Positions 52,621-64,000 of a DNA stretch of 64,000 bases are shown here, in pieces. The DNA comes from Chrysemys picta bellii (lineage: Eukaryota): the NCBI RefSeq assembly GCF_011386835.1, contig NC_088795.1, positions 56,730,001 through 56,794,000 of the forward strand. Reading direction: 5' to 3'. Below the pieces are notes generated by a model, which did not search any database, had not been told where the DNA came from, and was given only the letters and a program-made list of their open reading frames with translations. Numbering within the stretch: the first letter of the stretch is position 1; each line of letters opens with the position of its first letter. Both the position numbers and the translations under genes were made by a program.

Positions 52621-55399
52621 ACAGAGACAATGTGGGATTTTCAGAAGTGTCCTAACTTGCCACTGAAATCAGGGGTAAAAAATTTTGATTACTCTAATTT
52701 ACTTATTTATTAACTCATGTCTACAAAATGCTTGGGGTTGCAAACTCCAAATTAGTTATGTTTTGTTGTCCTTGCTAAGTTCCTAAGAGGGCTTGGGGGA
52801 CAGAGGAAAACTGAAGAGGAGGATTTTGAGTGGAGTAATTAGTAAAGTATATATTACATACAAAAAACTATGTAATAAGACCCTTATTTAGGTTGCAGTC
52901 AAGCTCTTGAAAATTAAGTAAAGCCAGATCACGGTTGCTTATGAGACTTTAATTCTGCCCTCTTGTATGTCCGTTCTGAAAAAGGCAGGGGTCCCATGGA
53001 AAAAATTGTACATGACTGTGTAATTAATGACTGTATCACAATGCAAAGGCACAAGGGGAATGAGTTAAGATTGTGTAGGCAACTCTAAATCTGACATTTT
53101 CTAATTTTTGAGAGTTAAACCATTTTTGAAAATGGTTTCAAACATGGTAGTAAAATCATTAGTAAAAACAGTTTAATGCATTTATATGTGGAATGGTAGT
53201 GTCAGAAGTATGTTTGAGACTACCCTTCTTGTACAACTCTTTAACACTGTTTAAAATTTGTGTAGCATAGATACAAATATGCTGTCCATTGTTCCAAACC
53301 ATAATTTAAATATAAAAACAGGGATGGGATTTTGGTATACTGAACCAGGTCACCAACTTCTACATTAACATTTAAATGTTTCCCGCTTTCAATCGACATG
53401 CTAATTTTTTCTGCTGTATTATTTCACAGATTAAAATCAGAATAGCTCTTTCTGATGTCTCCATTGCATCAGTCATTGCTCCCCCTTTGTAACTTCAAAG
53501 AGCCCAGGCTTTTTTCTCCCTGTACATCTCTGCATTTGATGCATAATCACCTTTATTTTCCTTCTTTGTTTTCCAAGTTGATTATTTTCAATATTTTCCC
53601 GAGTTACATACTAAAAGCTTTTAACATTCCCCTTCCACACATTTTTTCATCAGTTATTTAAAAGGAATGTGTTTGTTGATTTTATAAACAATCAGTTTTG
53701 TTTTTGGAGTTAAGGGTAAAACATTTAACTTATTTGCATATCATATTGTTTTATTCCAAAAGATTATTATGAACAAAGGGAAAAATAAAAGCTTTATGAA
53801 CTGACAACTTTTAGGGTACTAAGTTGATCCAGCTCTTCCATAATTAATATGTCAGAATGTGAATACATGTGTGAATTGAATTTTATGCTCTTTTCAAAAA
53901 TTAATATGTATGTAGTTTTCTGCAAAGACTACAGCGATAAACACATACTACACATTATCAGGACAACAAATTAAAAACAAATCTACATATAATGTAACTA
54001 TACATTTTCCTAAATCAATTATAAATAGCTAGTATGACAAAGGTAACGGCAACTTTCCAAAGAGACCGATGTTTGGATTTTAATGACTGAACTGTAAAAT
54101 TAAAGGTGCAATCCTGAGACAGCCATCACTTTATTAGAGGGGACGTAATCTGCCAGGTTTAATTTCAGGCTGTGGGATTATGCCCTGGGCAAGCAATCCC
54201 AATCAGATGTTGCACAATTTTCATCCTCCGGGACAGCACATTGCGCTCTCCTCTGGGGAGGGTAGAGGATCATTAACATTACTATTCACATTGGATGCTA
54301 AAAGCACTACCAGCATTAGATGGCAGACACTGATAGTGCTTCTATCATTTAATGACGGTAACTAGTTTTAGACACTATGAATTATTTCTCCCACCAATTA
54401 CACACATGAAGCCCAATTGCAGCCACCAGGGTTGTGTGAGAGAAGTAAATATTTGGCCCAGAACTGCTGCCAGCATTAACAAGATGCACTTGAAAGCATA
54501 ATATGAGAATGAAAAAAATACTGTCAGTAGTCCATGTTTACACTGGTACATTGATCAAGGGTTTGGTTTCCACCACTAAAGCCCAAAAAGAGATACAGTT
54601 TTCCTAAAATGAATTTGAAGAGAATGGTTTTTTATGGTACACCTGCCAATGTGAGAATATAAACAAAGTATCTCAGAAATTTAAAACATAATGTGCCCAG
54701 TTTCCCAGCAGAGGGCATCGTCTACACTCTCAAAATCCTTTTTCTTACTCATACAGTAATAGTTTAAAACACACACCAGTAAGAAGCCTGAAGTTTAAAA
54801 ATAAAGATGGAGTATCAATTTATGTATATTTCTGAAGTTTTTATTTCATTAGTGTTCTCCCACAGTCAGAATGAAACACACACAAAATGAAATGCCCCAA
54901 ATCTGAGTAAGAAGGGGCAGTTTCTAAGCATGAAATGGACATCATTAGTTAATATTCAAGATTGAATTTCATACTTAGATTATTATAATAAACCCATGTA
55001 GGTCTGAAATTCAAGATCTAATATTACCAGATTGAAGCATAACATTGAGTTCGAGAATTCCAGTTTAAAAAAAGAGGATAAAATGTTATGCTTCAGACAG
55101 CATGAGTATCGAGAGAGTGATTGATAGAGGCACCAATCCTATGCTGTGATGGAGCCATTTTACACAGTTCTGCTAGTGCAAAGCTGCTTAAAGTCAGCAT
55201 ATCCAATATAGGTGGATCTTCCAGAAGAGTACAGCCAGCATAACAATTCCTACAGCCAGTCTATGGGATGTTGCCACTGGAAAGGGGGCCTAGTTACGTT
55301 TTCCCTGCACTTTGGCTATCTCCTGTTGCCATAGTGGCCCCTTGGTTCCACTGGCAGCCAGCATAAATTAGAGCATCCCTCACAAACACAGCTGGACCA

Positions 55400-55620
55400 G
55401 GACTGGGGCCACACTGTATATACAAACCTGCACACATCCCTTCACTGGTTCTCCCTTGAACACCACATTAAACTTTAGATCTCTTGTCTTCACCTTCAAT
55501 GCACTATACAACTCTGCCTGGCCTACATCTCTGATTGTCTCCTATCACACCCTTCATCCTGCTCTGCCTCAATACCACTTTTGTTTCCTCCTCCTGCTTC
55601 CTTCTTTGTGAAAATTTTCC
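55400..55620 (+). mobile_element. Degraded L2-like 3' fragment
   Basis: cttcactggttctcccttgaacaccacattaaac..tcttgtcttcaccttcaatgcactatacaactctgcc resembles LHWLP..RI.FK.LV..FKAL.N.AP. Confidence 0.45.
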
Positions 55621-57490
55621 CTGTTCCCCCCTGTACCCAGTCAGTCCTCAGTGCCAGCTCTCAACAAACCCTGGTCTTATTCAAACACATTTTCTTGTGC
55701 AGTGCCCATATGGAATGAGTTTATTATAATTATATTTGGCTAGTTTAGAAACTGTATTTATGTACCACTAATCTCTGAAGTACAGTACATAGATATTCAT
55801 TATGGATGAGAAAGAAAGAAACCTCTCAGTTATTCCAGTGGGGCACTGCACAGGTACAGGGGTCCACCCATGCAAAGCAGCTTTTAGGATTAGGGGTCTT
55901 TGACCGTAAATACAAGTGCTGTCTGTTTCTGTGTATTGTGTACAAGTATTTAAATAATATATAACAACAAAACAATAAACAAAATACATTTCAAACAATA
56001 TTGCCATAAACTACATGTGCAGTATTACCTAGAACGCTTTAGATCTGTTTTCACCATTGCTTTACAGTGTAGAAAACTGAGATGAATAGTTACATTTTTA
56101 TATATTTAGAAGAAAAGCTTTTACTCCACTTTTTAAAAAAAGTCCTCTTAATGCAGAAGAAAATTATGAACTATCTAAAATTCTGCTTTACTTGGAAATG
56201 TCCTCTATTACCCGATAAACCCTATTTTTAATTAATATTAGCAATATATTAAAGCCAAAATGCGATTCTTAGCACCTTAATGACAAAATAATTATGTGAA
56301 CATGAAACAATGATACACTAGGTGGTGCTGTGGGACCTTCTAGATCAACCAGTTCCTCCTAAGAGAAGTTTTGTGCTGTTAAATTAGCTTGATTGTTGAT
56401 TCCATATTTTGAAATTTATATAAAACAGCATTAAGTCACATCCAAGAGGCAACAAAAGCAACACAGGAATGAAAAAGATACTCTGGGAAAAAAAAAGTGT
56501 TGGCAGTCCTTTTCTGCTAAATGAAATTTAACCCTCTTCCAGAATGCTCTCTCATCTTTCCCTCCCAAATGACAGTAAACAGCATTCTTAATCTAATCAT
56601 CACTGTAATTCAATCGCTGTAATAATTTGAATTATAATTCACACATATGAAACCTCTGCTTATTAGCTGTGCTTAACTAAAATGAAGGTTATCAACAGGG
56701 TACCAATGAAAAAGATTTTAGCAAATTAAAGTTGTACAGTCATTTAACTTTCACTGGTGTGATAATTAGTGTGTGCATGTGTGTAAAATAAAAAACAAAA
56801 AACCTCAAAACAACCACCCTTCTTACACACACATCTCAGAGAAAAGGTTTGTGAAAAAATCATTCAACTACAAAGGAAGAAATAAGCATAATCCCAAAAC
56901 TGAATCTGTTTATTTCTTTGTGAAACCTGCTCTTTATGAATGAAAAACAGTTCCAGTACTAATCCAGTCAGAAAAGGTCATCAATATATTAACCAAAGCA
57001 CATTTCATTCTGCTCATCCTATTATCAAGATGTATTATATTTAGACACAAAAAAAATCCTGTTTTCCTAAAGTCAAAAATCTTAATTATGCTAAGAATGA
57101 AACACTTCACAACCCTGTATGTGTGGCAGAAAATAAGCTTTATCCAGATTATGGATGGAAAGGTATCATGTTATTAGAACTGAAAACCTTCATTCACTAG
57201 TCACTGAGACAGGACACTATTTTAGCATTGCAAATGTCACTCGATTATTTATTATCCAGAAATATCATCTAAGATAAAGCATTAGAGCACAGACATAATT
57301 ACTCTCGCATTCACATGTATACATGCCATTGGATAAATCATAGAAACAGAGAATAATGGAATTTATAATTGTATGGTTACAAAAGCAGGCTAGACAGTTT
57401 GTGTCAGTTTTCTCAGGAAAAACGCTCTGAAACCAGAATAGCACCAATGAATGGCTCAAACTAGAACATAATTAAGGAGGGGCTCACTGC

Positions 57491-58391
57491 TAGGGTTACC
57501 ATACGTCCGGTTTTTCCCGGACATGTCCGGCTTTTCGGCAATCAAACCCCCGTACGGGGGGGAATTGCCAAAAAGCAGAACATGTCTGGGAAAAATACCG
57601 GACGGGCACTTCCTCTCCCGCGACTGCTCTGCTCCTCCCCTGACTCAGACTTCGGCTCTGTTTAAGAGCCAAGCTGCCCGAGCCAGCGCTACCGGCTTCG
57701 GGCAGCCCCCGTGCCTCCGGACCCCAGCCGCTGGCCAGGCACTTCTCCCCGGCTCCAGCTGCTCTGCTCCTCCCCTGACTCAGACTTCGGCTCTGTTTAA
57801 GAGCCAAGCTGCCCGAGCCAGTGCTACCGGCTTCAGGCAGCCCCCTTGCCTCCGGACCCCGAGCCGCCAGCCGGGCACTTCCCTTCCCGGGCTCCAGCTG
57901 CTCTGCTCCGCGACGCAGGGTCCGGAGGCAAGGGGGCTGCCTGAAGCCAGTAGTGCTCAGGCAGCTCGGCTCTTAAACAGAGCCGAAGAGTCGGGGGAGG
58001 AGCACAGCAGCCGGAGCCCGGGAGGGGAAGTGCCCGGCCGGGGGCGCGGGGTCCGGAGGCATAGGGGCTGCCTGAAGCCTGAGTGCTACCGGCTTCACGG
58101 TTTGCAGGGCAGCCTCCAGACCCTGCGCCCCCGGCTGGGCGCTTCCCCTCCCGGGCTCCAGCTGCGCTGGGGAAGCGCCGGCTGGGGGCGCAGGGTCTGG
58201 AGGCTGCCCGGCAAACCGTGAAGCCGGTAGCGCTCTGGCAGCTCTTTTCGCGTGGCTGGGAGGGAGGAGGGGGAGTTAGGGTGGGGACTTTGGGGAAGGG
58301 GCGGAGTCGGGGCGGGGCCGGGGTGGGAAAGGGGCGGGGCCGGGGCCCGTGGAGTGTCCTCTTTTTTTATTTTTTAAATATGGTAACCCTA
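57491..58391. mobile_element. hAT (Blackjack-like) MITE, 901 bp, with internal direct and inverted repeats
   Basis: TAGGGTTACCATAC..ATGGTAACCCTA ends; perfect 8-bp TSD CTCACTGC (57483-90, 58392-99). An approximately 135-bp unit starts at 57624, 57759 and 57898 (partial) and is inverted downstream. Confidence 0.93.
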
Positions 58392-61300
58392 CTCACTGCA
58401 AGGTGATGAGCGCCCTCAAAACCGATTGGAGTTGATAGCACTCAGCACCTTTTAGGATCATGCCCAAAGTTTGCTAGAAAGTTAAGCCAATGCTAATTAG
58501 TTTGTGAGTGCTCAGTCCTTTTTGAGCTCACCCACATATTCTTCTTCTGCTCCACTAAGTGCTCTAAACTGCTTAACAAAATGTATGTCAAAACTCACTT
58601 GTTTGTTTTCCAGAATCTCCTATGAGGAGTTATTATTTCCTTTCATAACTGGGCAATTCACAGATTTGGAAACCTTCCCCCTTACCCCCCTAAAAAACAA
58701 CAACCTCTCAGTATGGTAATCCATATTGCTTGTGCTCTTTGCTGCCTGCCAGGCCCCAAGTCATCAATAATGAATAGAAATGTACAGCTACAGCAGTAGC
58801 CTGTGTCATGGGCTTGTCAGGGATTTCTGAAAAGGAACAAAAACACAGGTTTGCCATTTGACTGTATCTTCTTTAGCAAACACAAGACAGAAAGAAAACA
58901 AAGGGGAATTTTGGAAAGGGAAAATATGATTAACCCTTTAAGCACTAAGAACTTTCCTCACAAAACAAACAAAACTTCTTTGACAGTATTACAACCAATA
59001 CTCTAGTAACTGTGGAATAGGCCTGTGAATCTAACAATAATAGTGTTCATTTTGAGGGGGAAAGATCAGTGTAGTTTTAAGACAATGAAAATATAAAGAG
59101 GAGTACACAAATGCATCATGGTTTATATGCAATCTATTACACGGAGGAAGTAAATACAAATTTCTTTTCCCAGAAAATCCAACAAATTCAGTCTTTAAAA
59201 TAAAATATTTTCTAAAGTAGAACCTTAATGTGTGTGAAAATACATAAAGTAATGAAAAGCAAATGTGTTATTAACGGATCTACAAGCTCTAATAAATTGG
59301 AGTAGCTAGCCACTGTTTAAAAATAGATTTGACCATTTTATCTCTTGTATTTCTTTCCAATTTTCCTAAACACATTTCCATAGATACTGGGACTGTAACA
59401 TTATGAGAGTGATTATCTTATATTTTACAAACCGAACACACCAGCTGGTACACTACCAGTCTATCCCCCTGGGAGGGTGGGTGGAGGATAACAAAATTTC
59501 TACAGCAGGCACACAAACTAAATTTATTGAAATCCCAATGCAAAGCCAAACCTTTGTTGCTTTCTGCATCTGAGTAAATTCCAGAAGATGTCTCACACTA
59601 TCTTTTCATAATGTTAACCTTAGAAGTCCCTGAGCTACTGTACTAGGTAGGTGGGTAAACATTCTCTATTTCCTGCGAGATGCTAAACGAGGTTTAAGAA
59701 GCTACATAAGAGCTCTGGTTTCAAAGAGCTTGAAAGTAGTCTATTTTTGAATGGAATGAAAGTATAGAAACACCTACTTTTAAGTCATGTAATTGTGCAT
59801 GAAGTGCAATATATTTCACTTCAAATTATGCTGCCATGCCAGGCTTTCTAGGTGAAAACATGAAATGAAAACATTTGGTTTAGGAACAACTGAATAAAAT
59901 TCTCATGAAGCAGCTAAGTAGGTTTGTAGTAGCCTAATCAGTGCGCTGGCCTAATGCCATCTTGTGTTGCCTTTTGTATTCCTGGTTAATTTAAGATATA
60001 TTATTCAGCTAAATTCTGCATAAATTGATAAACATTTGTTTCGAAACAAGCCGACAAGTGTTGCTAATGATTTTGGGTAAGAGAAAAGGAAGAAAACTTA
60101 GTTTCCTTATATCAGACATTAAAACAACTGGCATAAAAAGCATGAATTAGAGACTATGGCATATTAAAGCAAACACCCTCCTCCCCAAAATATGATTTTA
60201 TTTAGATTAATTAGGTCTTTTCTCAAGTTGTAGGTCAGGATCATTTTATTAGTGAACAAATATCCTCATCGTGTCTAAAGTTTCCAAACTATTTTACAGC
60301 GGACAAATAAGCCATTTCTCAAGTCTAACTCCAAATGTATTTTAGCAAACATGGATTAGACTCAAACAACAGACTGACTGCTATTTATTTCACTAATCCT
60401 ACAACCATAAAAACTGCTTCTTTCCTCTCTGCTAAGTGTTTTCGTGACTAATTAGCCCACCCATCTAGTAGCCTATCCAAATATAGGCCCAGCAAATTTC
60501 AAACATCCGTGTCACAGACAGCGCCTTTCTGTAACAGCAATGTGCTCTCAGCAATTTGAAACACAGAGATGAAAAAGGCTATACTGCCTGCTCAATATGC
60601 ACAAGTCATTTATATTACCACAAAGGAGAGTTTTTCATTCACATCTGGTGAGGAACAGTCACTAACAAAATCCCATTTCTTTGCCAATAATGTCATATAT
60701 TTATTAAAGCAGGTAAGAAAGAACAAGATGCTGGATATCTACCTCAAAGATGCGCATTTATGGGTATGTGTGTGTCTATTTCCCACCAAATAGCAATGCA
60801 AATCTCTCATTTATCATAATATGAATCTACATATTTTCACTTGCTTATCTGTTCAAGTATATGTTGTCAAAACATAGATCATCCATTCAATCAATCCATT
60901 TTATATAATAGCCTGTCCCTCACTGCAGTATCCGATATCCCTCACTTCATCTCACCAAGAAAACAGATGAACCTTGCAGCACACACTGAAAGCCAACAAA
61001 CAGGCGCTCTGTCATATCAAAGGAGTGCGCTCCAGAAGCAAACCTCTCATGTACAATGCCCTGCCACCAGCTTCTTCTCTTTTAAACCCTGGCGGCTGTT
61101 AGCTCGAATACTTCCACTGGAAGGGTGCATGGAGGTATCAAAGGAAAAAGGTGGTCCCTCAGCCATGTCCTGCACCATTTAGGCTATTCTATTAGGGTCT
61201 ATAAATACACAGTGTGTTGTAGTTTGTTCAAGTCACTCAAAGCACAGAGGTTTAGCCAGAAATGCACCACATGTTCCCCTCACTGGGAACTGAGCTCTGA

Positions 61301-61626
61301 ATAACTCTTATGAGGAGCTTGGCTTTGAATTTCAATTTTCTTTCCTGACTGTGCTTCTCAAACTTGCCGTTAGGAGGAGCTGACATTTCCTCTACCTGAT
61401 CTGAACGCTGTTCTTGTGCTTAAATGGTTTGCCCTGAAACCTGGATCTTTGATTCAATAACATAAGAGAACATTTCCAGAGGGGAAACTTGTTACTGAAA
61501 ACAAAAAGATGTCCTAGATCTAGGAGAGACTGCTTAGGCACAGCAAAGAGACTGCATGTCTGGGTGGAAGCGTATAAAGAGAAAATACTTCTCCGCAGCT
61601 CCCACAAGAAAGCTTTTTAATAAGAA

Positions 61627-61838
61627 GAACAGGAGGACTTGTGGCACCTTAGAGACTAACAAATTTATTAGAGCATAAGCTTTCGTGGACTACAGCCCAC
61701 TTCTTCGGATGCATCCGAAGAAGTGGGCTGTAGTCCACGAAAGCTTATGCTCTAATAAATTTGTTAGTCTCTAAGGTGCCACAAGTCCTCCTGTTCTTCT
61801 TTTTGCGGATACAGACTAACACGGCTGCTATTCTGAAA
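61627..61838. mobile_element. Penelope-like retroelement pLTR remnant in tail-to-tail (palindromic) arrangement
   Basis: Body ..GAAGTGGGCTGTAGTCCACGAAAGCTTATGCTCTAATAAATTTGTTAGTCTCTAAGGTGCCACAAGT..GCGGATACAGACTAACACGGCTGC matches the recalled reptile Penelope terminal repeat. Perfect palindrome 61622-61801; 14-bp flanking direct repeat CTTTTTAATAAGAA (61613-26, 61839-52). Confidence 0.85.
61711..61750 (+). ncRNA. Minimal type-I hammerhead-ribozyme-like motif (mirrored on - strand at 61673-61712)
   Basis: Stem I GCAU/AUGC; core CCGAAGA(A), a variant of CUGANGA; stem II GUGGGC-UGUA-GUCCAC; then GAAA-GC-UU with palindromic AAGCUU in place of helix III. Predicted cleavage after 61746. Activity not shown. 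Confidence 0.6.
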
Positions 61839-62769
61839 CTTTTTAATAAGAACTTCCCAATGTCAAGATGGTGTCTTGAGCTGTAGGAGGTGTATCCTTT
61901 CTTAAAAAAACAAAAATAAGGAAGCAGTGGAATGACCTGTGCTCTGGGAACACTATCTTCCCTTTTTCAGGGCAATAGTCCTCTGTCCTGATCCTTGAGG
62001 TGATTAGTGCTCTAGCCTAGCTGTCTTCTTAGTCCCTCCTCCAGCCCCCAGCCCCATAATTGGGAAACCACTGAAAGGCTGAATTGCTGACAATACTCTT
62101 GGAGACTCTTACCTGGAGTTACCATTTGTGTGCTTACATTTCAAAAGCCACAGCCCTCTGCATACAAATCAATTAAGCTCTGCCTGCAAGCTTGGGTACA
62201 CTTCTTTTGAGAGTGAGTATAATTAATGAAGCAAATGACATGCGGCACACACATTCTTAGCATCATATGAATTCCCCTTAGCTGGATGTATGATGCATGT
62301 CCTAAGGCATTCAAGGCAAGGCTGAATTTTAGTGAGGATTCCTAGGATTTTCTAACCAAAAGGATCATTTACTTCCATCTATCTTTGTGTTCATCACTAT
62401 TCATAAACCACTTGATCCGGTACACAGCAGACTGTAAACGCTGCAGGATCCACTGAAAGAATCATATCCTTTTATCTACCTAGAGGCTACATTTTTCAGA
62501 TATGGTTACAACTTTGTGCACACTCCAAAATAATATACAATTATTTGTAGGCTAGCTTTCAAATACACTAATTTGACTGCATTTGATATTAAAAAAATCA
62601 GGTTGTGTGACCTAATTACAAGCAAGCATCACCTTTCACCTACTGGTTGTTTCCACTTTGAAAATTACCAACATTGTGTAACAGTCTTACTCAGTACTAG
62701 CTGTTAATGACTAATATTTATCCAGCAGCTGGCAGGTTTAATCCCCCCCATATGTGGCACTAATTGTCC

Positions 62770-63250
62770 TAACACAGTGTTAGGGACCACTGTGCTTCTG
62801 GTGGTGCTCTCTTTCAGATCAGATGTAAAACACAGGTCTTGGCTACTACATGTGAAAAGTGCCATGGGACTTTTTACCGGGACAGAGGTTTCTGTCCCAG
62901 CAATATGGTCAAATTCTAGTTTCCTGTAGGTAACTATATCCTGCCTCTGACTATTCAACATGTAATTTCAATAGGACACAGTATTATTTCACTTTGTGTC
63001 CTAAATTGTTCTGAAACTTTGCTACACACTATTTAACAGTTGTCATGATTTCCCCTAGGGATGGCTGCATGACAGTGATGAGAAAAGTGACTGTTATAAA
63101 TACATACAGACATATAATTACACTCTTTGAAATCATTTTTTTGAAATCTATTTAGCTGTTATACTACTTATATAAAATACATTATACAATACATAAACTT
63201 TATAAAGTGCTTTGGGATCCCCTTTGGATGAAAGGCACTCTTTAAACACA
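62770..63250 (+). mobile_element. AmnSINE1-like (Deu-domain) ancient SINE
   Basis: ggtggtgctctctttcagatcagatgtaaaacacaggtcttgg..gtcaaattc..ggtaactatatcctgcc..gtcctaaattgtt..gatggctgcatgacagtg..taaagtgctttgggatcccctttggatgaaaggc is colinear with the recalled AmnSINE1 consensus. Confidence 0.7.
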
Positions 63251-64000
63251 AGGATCTTAAAATGAAAGACCCTATTTAGATGCAATGTTATAATTAAAGC
63301 TGTGTTTTCTATTGTAAAACAAAGTGGATCAGACATGATATATATCATAAGCCTAGTTATATATGAAGATGAGAAAAACCACTATGTGGGTAAAAAGAAA
63401 CGGTTTAGTGTTTCCAGTTTCTTCTGGGTTTTTTTCCCTGATGTGAATTTGTGTATATTTTAAGACAACCATAATTTATTTTTATTAACTGTTTTACATG
63501 AAGTATTAAAAAACTTTCCCCCTTCAAAGTTGCATGCTCTGGAATGAGTTCCCAGAGAGTTTTATAATCTTTAGAAGCCTAATGGATCATTCCACAAAAT
63601 TTAACTCTGCAAAAATTGTTAACATGGGGTATTTTTGAAATATTCTACTTAAACCTGTTTTAATTTTAATATTATATCTGCTTTACTGTTTTACCTAAAA
63701 ATCAGACAGACAATTCAGGCAATCAGTAATAAAAAGCTTTGATTGGCTGACTTCAGGGAGAAAAAAATTGAATGAGTGAACATTTTTGTTCTTTACTAGG
63801 TAAAGAACTATTTTATTCTCTCTCATAACTGTAGTTTAAAAGAAGAACTCAAAACAAGAAAATGTACATGGAAAATCTCAGTAAAGATGTGGACTGAAGC
63901 TTTAGTCTGTTTGGTTTCAAATTCAGACTGCTATCTTTTGGAAGAGCCCAAGGAGCCAGAAGGAGAAGAAAGAAAACTGTCCCCATGTGCCTGACAGCCT

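Noticed and set aside
57523-58406. 232-aa and 107-aa ORFs with repeated peptides
   Set aside because: Arise from the internal repeats of a non-autonomous MITE; no transposase motifs.
45154-64000. Search for SLC10A7 exon 5 (AAAIFNSAFGSFL)
   Set aside because: No match seen; presumed upstream of the window, consistent with a very long intron 5.

Overview
Vertebrate genomic DNA, most likely turtle (inferred from the repeat repertoire: CR1 3' ends ending in GTTCTTAT, Harbinger elements with ..GTCTACAC TIRs, Penelope pLTR remnant, AmnSINE1/MIR-type SINEs). The whole window lies inside one minus-strand host gene, SLC10A7 (sodium/bile acid cotransporter family member 7). Five coding exons are present (45118-45153, 34912-34995, 21472-21637, 17505-17556, 15997-16070; exons 6-10 by recalled human numbering). 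All have GT-AG boundaries and splice in frame. The flanking exons were not found in the window. The introns contain: a full-length 4.4-kb PIF/Harbinger transposon (TTA TSD, spliced Myb/SANT gene, convergent DDE transposase with two single-base frameshifts); several hAT MITEs with perfect 8-bp TSDs, one nested in another; Harbinger MITEs, one interrupted by CR1; CR1 and L2 fragments; ancient SINEs; and a Penelope-derived insertion. That insertion forms a perfect 180-bp palindrome with a minimal hammerhead-ribozyme-like motif on each strand and a 14-bp TSD. There is one 156-nt assembly gap. No rRNA, true tRNA or CRISPR array is supported. The best leads are the palindromic hammerhead-like insertion and the near-intact Harbinger with its convergent poly(A) signals inside SLC10A7 intron 10; both build on known element families rather than a wholly new system.
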